A stretch of DNA of 64,000 nucleotides from an uncultured Candidatus Soleaferrea sp. (GTDB taxonomy: Bacteria > Bacillota > Clostridia > Oscillospirales > Ruminococcaceae), in contig CAKTAG010000001.1 in assembly GCA_934527325.1 (NCBI GenBank), positions 26,785 to 90,784 on the forward strand, written 5' to 3'. The notes below the pieces were generated by a model, which did not search any database, was not told the DNA's origin, and saw nothing but the letters and a program-made list of their open reading frames with translations. The translations under genes and the position numbers were made by a program. Positions 9,763 to 19,184 of the stretch are shown one piece after another; positions within the stretch are counted from its first letter, which is position 1, and every line of letters starts with the position of its first letter.

Positions 9763-9940
9763 CACGTTTAGGCAACAATAAAAAAGAACCGTAACAAACC
9801 AAACTCAAAAAGAATTAGTTAGTTACAGTTCTTACTCAATTTAACAATCTGTTAATATTAATGCCTTATTAGTGATTGACAAATAGCAGTTATTTTTAGT
9901 TTGATGCTTAAAACAGATTCTTAAAAAGAAATAAAAATTT

Positions 9941-10016
9941 TGGCTGGGATGGATGGATTCGAACCATCGGAATGACGGAGTCAAAGTCCGTTGCCTTACC
10001 GCTTGGCTACATCCCA
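9941..10016 (-). tRNA. tRNA-Gln(UUG)
   Basis: The reverse complement, TGGGATGTAGCCAAGCGGTAAGGCAACGGACTTTGACTCCGT...GGTTCGAATCC...CCCAGCCA, gives a cloverleaf with anticodon loop CTTTGAC. Confidence 0.93.
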
Positions 10017-10034
10017 ATATAACTATAATAAAAA

Positions 10035-10112
10035 TGGGGTGGATAATCGGAGTCGAACCGACGACCTCCAGAGCCACAATCTGGCGCTCTAACCAACTGA
10101 GCTATATCCACC
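10035..10112 (-). tRNA. tRNA-His(GUG)
   Basis: The reverse complement is GGTGGATATAGCTCAG...CCAGATTGTGGCTCTGG...GGTTCGACTCC...CCACCCCA. It has the extra G-1. Confidence 0.93.
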
Positions 10113-10127
10113 GAACGGTTTTTTTAC

Positions 10128-10204
10128 TGGCATGCCAAGAGGGATTTGAACCCCCGACCTACTGCTTAGAAGGCAGTTGCTCTATCCAGCTGAGCTATTG
10201 GCAC
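10128..10204 (-). tRNA. tRNA-Arg(UCU)
   Basis: The reverse complement is GTGCCAATAGCTCAGCTGGATAGAGCAACTGCCTTCTAAGCAGT...GGTTCAAATCC...GCCA. Confidence 0.93.
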
Positions 10205-10215
10205 AGAATAAAAAA

Positions 10216-10289
<74 letters not shown>

Positions 10290-10337
10290 ACACATACAAT
10301 CTATAGAAAATTAAATCTTGTAAATTACTCTAAAATT

Positions 10338-10366
10338 ATAATATCAAAAAAATATTTAGTTGTCAA
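10338..10366 (-). promoter_or_regulatory. Sigma-70-type promoter of the Gly-Arg-His-Gln tRNA operon
   Basis: The minus strand reads TTGACA (10366-10361), a 17-nt spacer, then TATTAT (10343-10338). Confidence 0.6.
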
Positions 10367-10402
10367 TACATTTTAGAAAAAATTTTATTTTTATTTTTAA
10401 AT

Positions 10403-10447
10403 TGATATATAAAATCAGGATCTCTGGGTAAGGCTGGAGATCCTGAT
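10403..10447 (-). terminator. nrdD terminator
   Basis: An 11-bp stem, ATCAGGATCTC (10414-10424) with GAGATCCTGAT (10437-10447), followed by a T-rich tract on the minus strand. Confidence 0.65.
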
Positions 10448-10462
10448 TAATTATAATCAAAT

Positions 10463-12778
10463 TTATATTTGATGTTTTACTCGCTGTTTTTCTTCTGCTC
10501 GTTTAGCATCATTAAATCTATCTAATGTTCCAACAAGGTAGCCTGTAATTCTTCTTATTCGTTCAAATTTAGGGCCACCATCATTTTCAGTTCTACCGCA
10601 TTTTGGGCATTTATCGTTTATTATTCCAGTAAAACCACAAACAGGGTCTCTATCTACAGGGTGATTAATAGAACCATAGCCTATACCTACTTCTTTCATG
10701 TATTTAATTATTTTTTCAAATGCATCAACATTACAAGTAGGGTCAGAATCCAGCTCAACGTAAGTAATGTGGCCACCATTAGTTAAAGCATGGTAAGGTG
10801 CTTCTAATTTAATTTTGTTGTATGCCGAAATATTATAATAAACAGGAATGTGAAAGGAATTGGTATAATATTCTCTATCTGTAACTCCTTTTATAGTTCC
10901 ATATCTTTTATTATCTATTTTAACAAATCTACCAGAAAGTCCTTCGGCTGGCGTAGCTAGTAAAGAAAAATTTAACTTATATTTTTCACATGCTTCATCC
11001 ATTCTATTTCTCATATGTCCAATTATTTTTAAACCTAATTGTTGAGCTTCATCTGATTCTCCATGATGTTTACCTATTAATGCAACTAAACATTCTGCTA
11101 ACCCAATAAAACCCATTGTTAAAGTTCCATGTTTAAGAATTTCACCTATTTTATCGTCCATACTAAGTTTATCAGATTCTAACCATAAACCTTGACCCAT
11201 TAAAAAGGGGAAGTTTTTCACTTTTTTTTGAGATTGAATTTCAAAACGAGCCAATAGTTGAGATATTACAATATCTATTTTTTCATCTAAATCTTTAAAA
11301 AATGCATTTATGTTTTTATTTGCTTTTATTCCAATTCTAGGTAAATTAATTGATGTAAAACTCAGGTTTCCTCTGCCTGAAATAACTTCTTTTGATTTAT
11401 CATAAATGTTAGCCATTACCCTTGTTCTGCAACCCATATAGGCTACTTCTGTGTTGCTATCGCCAGCTTTATAATATTTAGCATTGTATGGTGCATCTAA
11501 AAAAGAAAAGTTAGGGAAAAGTCGTTTAGCAGAAACTTTACAAGCTAATTTAAACAAATCATAATTAGGTTCACCTGGGTTAAAGTTAATACCTTCTTTT
11601 ACTTTAAATATATGAATTGGGAAAATAGGTGTTTCACCGTTGCCTAATCCTGCTTCTGTAGCAAGCAGTAAATTTTTTATAACTAATCGTCCTTCTGGTG
11701 AAGTATCTGTGCCATAATTTAAAGAACTAAATGGAATTTGTGCCCCTGCTCTAGAGTGCATAGTATTAAGGTTATGTATTAATGCCTCCATAGCTTGGTA
11801 AGTAGCTCTATTAATTTCTTTTATAGAATTTTTAATAGCAAAATTTTGAATTTTTTCTGCCTTTTCTTTACCTACTTTTTCTGTAAGCAAGTTCATTTCT
11901 ATTTTATAATAGTCATCAGATTTAATTTTAGGGAACAACTTATAATTATCTTTTATGTTTTTTAATATAGATGATACGAATTCATCAGCATTATCTAAAC
12001 CTAATAATAAATCTACTGCTTTAACTAAATTGGTTTTATAAATTTTATAATAAGTTTTAGTTACACCTATGGCCATTGCAAAATCAAAGTTAGGCACACT
12101 TTGTCCACCGTGTTGGTCGTTTTGGTTAGATTGTATAGCTATGCAAGCTAAAGCACTATAACTTTGAATGTGTGTAGGTTCTCTTAAAAAACCATGCCCT
12201 GTAGAAAAACCATTTTTAAATAATTTTTGCAAGTCTATTTGGCAGCAAGTGGTAGTTAAATTATAAAAATCTAAATCATGAATGTGTATATCACCGCATT
12301 TGTGAGCGTTTGAATGTATAGGGTCTAAAACAAACATTTCACAAAATTGTTTTGAACCCTCAGAACCATATTTAAGCATTGTACCCATTGCTGTATCACT
12401 ATCTATATTGGCATTTTCTCTTTTTATATCATTTTCTGCAGCAGATTTAAAGGTTAGATCTTCATAAATTTTCATAAGGCTTGTATTCATTTCACGGATT
12501 CTAGTTCTGTCTGCTCTATATAATATATAGTTTTTAGCGGTTTTTGCATGTCCGTTTTCAATTAAAACTTTTTCAACAACATCTTGTACTTGTTCAACAG
12601 TTGGTATATTCCCAGTTAATTGTTTATCTATTTCTTCAACTACTTTGTAAGCTAAATCCAAAGCAGTGTCGTAATTGCTACCACCTACTGATTTAGCAGA
12701 TTTAAAAATAGCTGTAGCAATTTTTTCAATGTTGAATGGAACATTTCTTCCATCACGTTTTTTTATTTGTGTTATCAT
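10463..12778 (-). CDS. nrdD: Anaerobic ribonucleoside-triphosphate reductase (class III)
   Basis: A 771-aa protein with an N-terminal ATP-cone, a C-terminal CPKCG zinc site and the glycyl-radical motif RRITGYLVG. Confidence 0.93.
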   Translation of the reverse strand: MITQIKKRDGRNVPFNIEKIATAIFKSAKSVGGSNYDTALDLAYKVVEEIDKQLTGNIPTVEQVQDVVEKVLIENGHAKTAKNYILYRADRTRIREMNTSLMKIYEDLTFKSAAENDIKRENANIDSDTAMGTMLKYGSEGSKQFCEMFVLDPIHSNAHKCGDIHIHDLDFYNLTTTCCQIDLQKLFKNGFSTGHGFLREPTHIQSYSALACIAIQSNQNDQHGGQSVPNFDFAMAIGVTKTYYKIYKTNLVKAVDLLLGLDNADEFVSSILKNIKDNYKLFPKIKSDDYYKIEMNLLTEKVGKEKAEKIQNFAIKNSIKEINRATYQAMEALIHNLNTMHSRAGAQIPFSSLNYGTDTSPEGRLVIKNLLLATEAGLGNGETPIFPIHIFKVKEGINFNPGEPNYDLFKLACKVSAKRLFPNFSFLDAPYNAKYYKAGDSNTEVAYMGCRTRVMANIYDKSKEVISGRGNLSFTSINLPRIGIKANKNINAFFKDLDEKIDIVISQLLARFEIQSQKKVKNFPFLMGQGLWLESDKLSMDDKIGEILKHGTLTMGFIGLAECLVALIGKHHGESDEAQQLGLKIIGHMRNRMDEACEKYKLNFSLLATPAEGLSGRFVKIDNKRYGTIKGVTDREYYTNSFHIPVYYNISAYNKIKLEAPYHALTNGGHITYVELDSDPTCNVDAFEKIIKYMKEVGIGYGSINHPVDRDPVCGFTGIINDKCPKCGRTENDGGPKFERIRRITGYLVGTLDRFNDAKRAEEKQRVKHQI

Positions 12779-12833
12779 TGTTTATAAACCCTTTCTAATT
12801 TTAGCTAAAAATATTATTAAGCAATTTTTTGCA

Positions 12834-12883
12834 ACAATATATTGTATGTTTGTTGTTAAACACAAGTTATTATATCATATATG
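12834..12883 (-). promoter_or_regulatory. Candidate NrdR boxes upstream of nrdD
   Basis: Palindromes ACAATATATTGT (12834-12845) and CATATATG (12876-12883) resemble the NrdR-box core (acaCwAtATaTwGtgt). The centre spacing is about 40 bp, not the usual 31-32 bp. Confidence 0.35.
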
Positions 12884-12967
12884 TAGTATATGTTCAATAC
12901 AATTATTAAATAAAAAAAATAAAATTGTAACTTTACAAACTGCTTTTGCAATTTAAAAATTTATCTA

Positions 12968-12996
12968 TTGAAAAAATAAAAATAATATGTTATAAT
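12968..12996 (+). promoter_or_regulatory. Sigma-70-type promoter of the tRNA-Leu pair
   Basis: TTGAAA (12968-12973), a 17-nt spacer, then TATAAT (12991-12996). Confidence 0.6.
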
Positions 12997-13007
12997 ACAA
13001 CCAGTAG

Positions 13008-13095
13008 GCAGGTGTGGCGGAATTGGCAGACGCGCTACTTTGAGGGGGTAGTGAGCATTTTGTTCGTATGGGTTCAAGTCCCATCATCTGCACCA
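13008..13095 (+). tRNA. tRNA-Leu(GAG)
   Basis: A type II tRNA with a long variable arm. The anticodon stem is CTACT/GGTAG with loop TTGAGGG, and it ends in CCA. Confidence 0.9.
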
Positions 13096-13121
13096 ATTTT
13101 TAAATTTTTGTTTATTTTATT

Positions 13122-13208
13122 GCGGATGTGGTGAAATTGGCAGACACATATGATTCAGGTTCATATGCTTTTGTAAGCGTGCAGGTTCAAGTCCTGTCAT
13201 CCGCACCA
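13122..13208 (+). tRNA. tRNA-Leu(CAG)
   Basis: A type II tRNA. The anticodon stem is TATGA/TCATA with loop TTCAGGT, and it ends in CCA. Confidence 0.9.
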
Positions 13209-13273
13209 AAATTAATTTTTTTGAATATTTTTAAGTATGCTTAATTGTATTTAGGCAAATAGGAGTGGTTTGT

Positions 13274-13840
13274 GTGAATAATAACAAACAACAATATACA
13301 GATGTTAAAAATGAACTTTCTTTTAAAGAAGAAGTATTTGAGTTGTTAGATACGGCTGTTAAAACTGTGGTAGTTGCGTTATGGGTTTTTACATTTGGTT
13401 TTTCATTATCTACTGTAAAAGGTAGCTCTATGTTGCCAACTTTGCAAAATAATAACAGAGTTTTGGTTTATAGTATGTTTTATAAACCCAAATCTAAAGA
13501 TGTTGTTGTTATTACTCAACCTAATTACCTTGATCATATTTTGGTAAAAAGAGTAATTGCAACAGAGGGACAAACAGTTTTTGTGGATGCAGAAGCTGGC
13601 AAGGTTTTTGTTGATGGCGAAGAATTAAATGAACCTTATATAAATGAAATAACAAAAACTGCTGGAGATATAAAATACCCTGTAACAGTACCAAAAGATT
13701 ATATTTTTGCTATGGGGGATAATAGAAATGCTTCGCTTGATAGTAGATATGATAGTATAGGTATGATAAATAAAAATTATGTAAAAGGGAAGGTATTGTT
13801 TAGGTTTTTCCCTATTAATAAAATAGGGGTAATTAAATAA
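13274..13840 (+). CDS. lepB: Signal peptidase I
   Basis: Motifs GSSMLPTL, VKRVIA and GDNRNASLDSR. The AGGAG SD at 13261-13265 favours GTG 13274 over 13265. Confidence 0.9.
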   Translation: MNNNKQQYTDVKNELSFKEEVFELLDTAVKTVVVALWVFTFGFSLSTVKGSSMLPTLQNNNRVLVYSMFYKPKSKDVVVITQPNYLDHILVKRVIATEGQTVFVDAEAGKVFVDGEELNEPYINEITKTAGDIKYPVTVPKDYIFAMGDNRNASLDSRYDSIGMINKNYVKGKVLFRFFPINKIGVIK

Positions 13841-14713
13841 ATGCCTGAAATAGTTGATGTTCAATGGTTCCCTGGCCACATGGCTAAAACAAGGCGGTTA
13901 ATAGAAAAAAATTTACCACTTGTTGATATTGTTATAGAAATTTTAGATGCAAGAGCACCAATAAGCAGTGCTAACCCTGATTTAAATAAAATTATAAAAA
14001 ATAAGCCTAAAATTATTTTAATTAATAAAAGTGATTTAGTTAATGAAGATGTTGTTAATAAATGGATATCGTATTATAGTAGAGATAATATTAAAGCTGT
14101 AGCTGTTGATAGTAGAGATGGTAAAAATTTAAATAAAATAAATTTAGTTATTAGGAATATTTTAAAAACGAAGATAGAAAAAAGAATGCAAATAGGCATG
14201 GTTGGAATGCCTATAAGAGCTATGGTGGTAGGTATTCCTAATGTAGGTAAATCATCTTTTATAAATAAAATGGCAAAAAAGAAAAAAACAAAGGTTGAAG
14301 ATAGGCCCGGTGTAACTAGGGGTAAGCAGTGGGTAATTGCAGAAAATGGCTTAGAGCTTTTAGATATGCCAGGGGTTTTATGGCCCAAATTTGATGATAA
14401 AAAAGTAGGGGAAAAATTAGCTTTTTTAGGTTCAGTAAAAGATGATATACTAGATACAGAAAATTTAGCAGTTAGGTTACTAGAGTTTTTGTGTAAGAAT
14501 TATAAAAGGTTGCTTTTAGCAAGGTATAAAGTAGAAGAAGATATTATTGATTTGGAAGATTTTTATGCACTTCTTAAATGTATAGGCAAAAAACGAGGAA
14601 TGGTGATTGCTGGTGGGAGTGTTGATTTAGAACGTGCGGCAATAATGGTTTTAGATGAATTTAGAGCTGGCAAAATAGGGAAAATTTCATTAGAAGTTCC
14701 ACAAGGTTATTAA
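13841..14713 (+). CDS. rbgA: Ribosome biogenesis GTPase A (YlqF/RbgA)
   Basis: VQWFPGHMAKTRR, circularly permuted GTPase motifs (NKSDL ... GIPNVGKSS). Confidence 0.9.
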   Translation: MPEIVDVQWFPGHMAKTRRLIEKNLPLVDIVIEILDARAPISSANPDLNKIIKNKPKIILINKSDLVNEDVVNKWISYYSRDNIKAVAVDSRDGKNLNKINLVIRNILKTKIEKRMQIGMVGMPIRAMVVGIPNVGKSSFINKMAKKKKTKVEDRPGVTRGKQWVIAENGLELLDMPGVLWPKFDDKKVGEKLAFLGSVKDDILDTENLAVRLLEFLCKNYKRLLLARYKVEEDIIDLEDFYALLKCIGKKRGMVIAGGSVDLERAAIMVLDEFRAGKIGKISLEVPQGY

Positions 14714-14740
14714 TGTATTTTTATATGGAGTTTTTTATAG

Positions 14741-15343
14741 ATGGATAAATACACTAAGTTATACTATAGCAAAGGTTATAAAGTTATAGCGGGAATAGAT
14801 GAAGCAGGACGTGGGCCTTTGGCCGGTCCTGTTTTTGCTAGTGTTGTTATATTACCTGAAAATCATTCAATAGTTGGGTTAGCAGATTCTAAAAAACTTA
14901 CAGAAAAAAAGAGAGAAGAATTATTTAAACAAATTATAGAAAAAGCTGTTGATTATTCTGTGGCTAGTTCAAGTGAAGCAGAAATTGATGAAATTAATAT
15001 TTTACAGGCTACATTTTTAGCCATGAAAAGAGCTTTAAAAAAATTAAAAATTAAACCAGAAATAATTTTAATCGATGGAAATAGAGGCCCTGAAATTGAT
15101 ATTCCTATGGAGTGTATTGTAAAAGGTGATAGTTTAGTAGAATCTATTTCAGCAGCGTCTATTTTAGCAAAAGTTTCAAGGGATAAATTTATAACAGAAT
15201 TGTCGAAACAGTACCCTCAATATGGGTTAGAAAAACATAAAGGTTACGGTACAAAAATGCACTACGAAGCAATAAAGAAGTATGGAATCTCTAAAATACA
15301 TAGAAAAACTTTTTTAAAAAAAATAATTGGAAAAGAATGTTGA
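14741..15343 (+). CDS. rnhB: Ribonuclease HII
   Basis: GIDEAGRGPLAGPV ... DSKKL ... the conserved core. Confidence 0.92.
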   Translation: MDKYTKLYYSKGYKVIAGIDEAGRGPLAGPVFASVVILPENHSIVGLADSKKLTEKKREELFKQIIEKAVDYSVASSSEAEIDEINILQATFLAMKRALKKLKIKPEIILIDGNRGPEIDIPMECIVKGDSLVESISAASILAKVSRDKFITELSKQYPQYGLEKHKGYGTKMHYEAIKKYGISKIHRKTFLKKIIGKEC

Positions 15344-15741
15344 TTATGAATTTAAGTCATAAAAAGATAGGTGATTATGGCGAAAGGGTATGTAAGAACT
15401 ATTTAATGAAGTTAGGGTATAATATATTAGAGCTAAATTATAGTTCTAGATATGGAGAAATAGATATTATAGCTAGCAAGGGTGAATATCTAGCTTTTGT
15501 AGAAGTAAAAACTAGGGCTAAAAATTCTATAGTGAAAGGTTGTGAAGCTGTTAATAAAAGTAAAATGTTAAAAATTATAAAAACAGCATATCAGTATTTA
15601 CAATTTTTTAATTTAGATTTACAACCAAGGTTTGATGTTTGCGAAATTTACATTTATAAAAATGTAGTAGTAGATAAAATAAATTATATAAAAAATGCAT
15701 TTAATTTAAATTCAGTGGGTGAATATAATTTAAATTTATAG
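15337..15741 (+). CDS. YraN-family (UPF0102) endonuclease
   Basis: GEIDIIA...AFVEVKTR motif, in the position after rnhB. Confidence 0.8.
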   Translation: MLIMNLSHKKIGDYGERVCKNYLMKLGYNILELNYSSRYGEIDIIASKGEYLAFVEVKTRAKNSIVKGCEAVNKSKMLKIIKTAYQYLQFFNLDLQPRFDVCEIYIYKNVVVDKINYIKNAFNLNSVGEYNLNL

Positions 15742-15794
15742 TATTTTATAAAAATTGTATTTTAAAATTATTTTACTTAAAAAGGGGTATAGCA

Positions 15795-17558
15795 ATGAGA
15801 AAAACAAAAATAGTTTGTACATTAGGGCCAGCTACAGATAACGAGAAAGTTATAAAACAATTAATGTTAGCGGGTATGGATGTAGCAAGGTTTAATTTTT
15901 CACATCAAACTCATGAAATACATAAAAAAAGGTTTGATATGGTAAAAAAATTTAGAGAAGAACTTGGCTTACATGTTGCTACATTGTTAGATACAAAAGG
16001 ACCAGAGATAAGGCTGGGGAAAATAAAGAATGATAAAGTAGAAATCGTTACAGGTGAAAAATTTATACTAACAACAGAAGAAGTTGTTGGTGATGAAAAA
16101 ATAGCTACAATATCTTACAAAAATTTACCGTTAGATATATCTGTAGGTACTACCATTTTAATAGATGATGGGTTAATAGGTTTAGAGGTTATTAAATTTG
16201 ATGAAAAAAATATAGAGTGTAAAATTACTAACGGTGGAATAATTTCTAATAATAAGGGTGTTAATGTTCCTAATATTGCTTTATCTATGCCTTATGTTAG
16301 TGAGCAAGATAGAAAAGATATTATATTTGGTATAGAAAATGGATTTGATTTTATTGCAGCTTCGTTTGCAAGGTCGGCGCAAGACATTATGGATATTAGG
16401 CATGTTTTGAAAGAACATAAATGTTCTAATATAAATGTTATAGCTAAAATTGAAAATTCACAAGGTGTAGAAAATATAGATGAAATTTTGCGTGTATCTG
16501 ATGGCATAATGGTTGCTCGTGGAGATATGGGTGTAGAAATTCCATTTGAAGAAATACCGGTTATTCAGAAAAAACTTATAAAAAAAGCTTACAATGCTAG
16601 CAAACAAGTTATTACTGCTACCCAAATGCTAGAATCTATGGTTAACAACCCAAGGCCTACTAGGGCAGAAACAACAGATGTGGCTAATGCAATTTATGAT
16701 GGCACAAGTGCCATAATGCTATCTGGAGAAACGGCAGCAGGTAAGTACCCTGTTAAAGCTGTTAAAACAATGGCATTAATAGCTAAAAGAACAGAAGAAG
16801 ATATTGATTACCCAAAAAGGTTTAGAGCTTTGCAATTAGATGATTACCCAAGCGTAACTAATGCTATTTCGCATGCTTCTGTTACTACTTCTATAGATTT
16901 AGGTGCAGCTGCAATTATAAATGTTACTAAATCTGGGGAAAGTGCTAGAATGATTTCACGGTACCGCCCATTAGCACCTATTATTGCTTGTTCACCACAC
17001 GAAAAAGTTTGTAGGCAACTTAATATGTCTTGGGGAGTGCATCCGGTTTTAGTTGAAGAAAAAAATAGTACCGATGATTTGTTAGAACATGCGGTAGAAA
17101 GTGCTGGTAAATCTGGTTTAGTAAAAAATGGAGATTTAGTTGTGGTAACGGCAGGAATCCCTCTTGGAGTTCCTGGTACTACAAACTTGTTAAAAGTTCA
17201 TACAGTTGGCCATGTTTTGGTTTCTGGAATAGGGGTAACACATAGAGCTTCGGTAGGTAACTTATGTGTATGTAGTAGTGAAGATGATGCTTTAAAACAT
17301 TTTAAAACAGGTGATATATTAGTTATAAAGCAAACAAGTAATAATATTTTAGACTTAATGAAAAATGCAAGTGGAATTATTACAGAAGTTGATGGTTTTG
17401 ATTCACATGCAGCAGTGGTAGGTTTAACCTTAGATATTCCGGTTATAGTTGGTGCTAAGGGTGCAACGAAAATATTAAAAAATAGTACACATGTAACCAT
17501 GGATGCAATAAGAGGTTTAGTTTGTGGCTCATCTAATGATTCGTACTTTAAATTTTAG
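15795..17558 (+). CDS. pyk: Pyruvate kinase with C-terminal PEP-utilizer domain
   Basis: MRKTKIVCTLGPAT..., MVARGDMGVEIP, and a 587-aa length with an extra C-terminal domain. Confidence 0.93.
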   Translation: MRKTKIVCTLGPATDNEKVIKQLMLAGMDVARFNFSHQTHEIHKKRFDMVKKFREELGLHVATLLDTKGPEIRLGKIKNDKVEIVTGEKFILTTEEVVGDEKIATISYKNLPLDISVGTTILIDDGLIGLEVIKFDEKNIECKITNGGIISNNKGVNVPNIALSMPYVSEQDRKDIIFGIENGFDFIAASFARSAQDIMDIRHVLKEHKCSNINVIAKIENSQGVENIDEILRVSDGIMVARGDMGVEIPFEEIPVIQKKLIKKAYNASKQVITATQMLESMVNNPRPTRAETTDVANAIYDGTSAIMLSGETAAGKYPVKAVKTMALIAKRTEEDIDYPKRFRALQLDDYPSVTNAISHASVTTSIDLGAAAIINVTKSGESARMISRYRPLAPIIACSPHEKVCRQLNMSWGVHPVLVEEKNSTDDLLEHAVESAGKSGLVKNGDLVVVTAGIPLGVPGTTNLLKVHTVGHVLVSGIGVTHRASVGNLCVCSSEDDALKHFKTGDILVIKQTSNNILDLMKNASGIITEVDGFDSHAAVVGLTLDIPVIVGAKGATKILKNSTHVTMDAIRGLVCGSSNDSYFKF

Positions 17559-17660
17559 TAAAACAATTATTTTTGTTTTAAACTTATAATAATATTATTA
17601 AATAGATTTGTAAAAATATTTGTTTAGTAAGTAAATAATTAGGAAAGGGCAAGTAAAAAA

Positions 17661-18395
17661 ATGTCCCAAAAAATATTTATTACATCTGGAAAAGGTGGGG
17701 TAGGGAAATCTACTGTTACGGCTTTGTTAGGTGCTGCATTGGCTTATTTAGGCAATAAAGTACTATTAATAGAATTAGATTTTGGCCTAAGGTCTTTAGA
17801 TATAATTTTGGGAGTTCAAGATAAAGCAATTTTTGACCTCAATGATGTTTTAGTTGGTAAGTGTTCTATAGGTAAAGCTACAGTGGCTTGTGAATATTTA
17901 CCAGAATTAAAACTTATTTCTGCTTCGGCAGATTATTTTATTACGTTTAGTGAAGATGATTTAAAAAATTTATTTGAACAAATATCTAGTGAATATGATT
18001 ATATTTTAATAGATTCTCCGGCAGGTATTGGTAGTAGTTTTAGAAAAGCACTTAGGTTAGTAGATAGAGCATTAATTGTTGTTACTCCAGATCCAATAGC
18101 TGTTAGAGATGCTTGTAAAGTTTCGCAAATATTATGTGATCACGGATTAACAGAGCAAAGGTTAGTAATTAACAAAGTAAAAGATAAATATGCTAAATTA
18201 GATATTTTGCCTGATTTAGATTTTGTTATTGATGGTGTTGGTGTAGGTTTAATAGCGGTTGTTCCAGACGATGTTAGTATAGTTAAGGCAACGTCTAAAG
18301 GTGAAAGGTTAAATAAAGATTCTATGGTTTGGAAAGTTTTTAATAGTTTAGCTAAACGAGTGATGGGTGAATATATTGCGTTAAATATAAAATAG
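17661..18395 (+). CDS. MinD/ParA-family ATPase (MinD-like, no C-terminal membrane-targeting helix)
   Basis: Deviant Walker A SGKGGVGKST. It looks collinear with MinD (LDFGLRSLDIILG, DSPAGI, VVTPDP) by eye but ends ...GEYIALNIK. Confidence 0.75.
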   Translation: MSQKIFITSGKGGVGKSTVTALLGAALAYLGNKVLLIELDFGLRSLDIILGVQDKAIFDLNDVLVGKCSIGKATVACEYLPELKLISASADYFITFSEDDLKNLFEQISSEYDYILIDSPAGIGSSFRKALRLVDRALIVVTPDPIAVRDACKVSQILCDHGLTEQRLVINKVKDKYAKLDILPDLDFVIDGVGVGLIAVVPDDVSIVKATSKGERLNKDSMVWKVFNSLAKRVMGEYIALNIK

Positions 18396-18429
18396 TAAAT
18401 TAATTTAAAAGTAAGGGGAAGTAATAAAT

Positions 18430-18852
18430 ATGAATATAGCAATAACAGCAGCAGATAGTAAAAAAGAGTTGTTGGCGAGGTTTTGTTTGGCATATAAAGG
18501 TGTTTTGGCAAAACATAGTATTTTTTGTACTTCAAGAACAGGTAGGTATATAGAAGACGCAACAGGGTTAGATGTTGTTTGTTTTTTAAGTGGTCCGCAA
18601 GGTGGGTACCAACAGTTAGCTTCTAAAATTGCATGCAATGAGGTAGACCTTGTTATTTATTTATTTGATCCGCTTTCTAACGAAAAAGATAATGAATCTT
18701 CTAAGTATGAGTTAAATAGATTGTGTGATATATATGCTATACCTTTAGCAACAAATTTTTCTACAGCAGAAGCTTTGGTTTTAGGTTTAGATAGAGGGGA
18801 TTTAAATTGGAGAATATTTGTTAATCCATTGTTTAGAAAAAAAACTAGTTAG
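18430..18852 (+). CDS. Methylglyoxal-synthase-like protein (catalytic residues substituted)
   Basis: It looks collinear with MgsA by eye, but AHD is AAD, GGDQQ is GGYQQ and PHEPD is EKDNE. Confidence 0.7.
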   Translation: MNIAITAADSKKELLARFCLAYKGVLAKHSIFCTSRTGRYIEDATGLDVVCFLSGPQGGYQQLASKIACNEVDLVIYLFDPLSNEKDNESSKYELNRLCDIYAIPLATNFSTAEALVLGLDRGDLNWRIFVNPLFRKKTS

Positions 18853-19073
18853 TTGAGTAAATAAAAAATAAAATCAATAATTTTTAATAGGTTAATTCAC
18901 CTTAAGTTAAAATGAAATTTTTAGCATTTAACATAGGGTGGATTTTTTTGTGAAAGCATACGACGAAATAAGTAATTTATTTGAGCGGTAATTACATTTA
19001 ATGAAATATAGCATAAAATAATTGTTGAATATTGAGATATTTTGCTGAATTTTGTTTTTTTATATTATAATTA

Positions 19074-19102
19074 TTGACATTATAGTAAATATAATATATA
19101 AT
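19074..19102 (+). promoter_or_regulatory. Consensus sigma-70 promoter of the secreted-repeat-protein genes
   Basis: TTGACA (19074-19079), a 17-nt spacer, then TATAAT (19097-19102). Confidence 0.6.
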
Positions 19103-19184
19103 ATAAAATGTTAAATTAATAAGTATTTAGCTAAATTTATTAATTATCAAAAAATTTATTTGTAAAGGAAGTAAGCTTGTTAAA

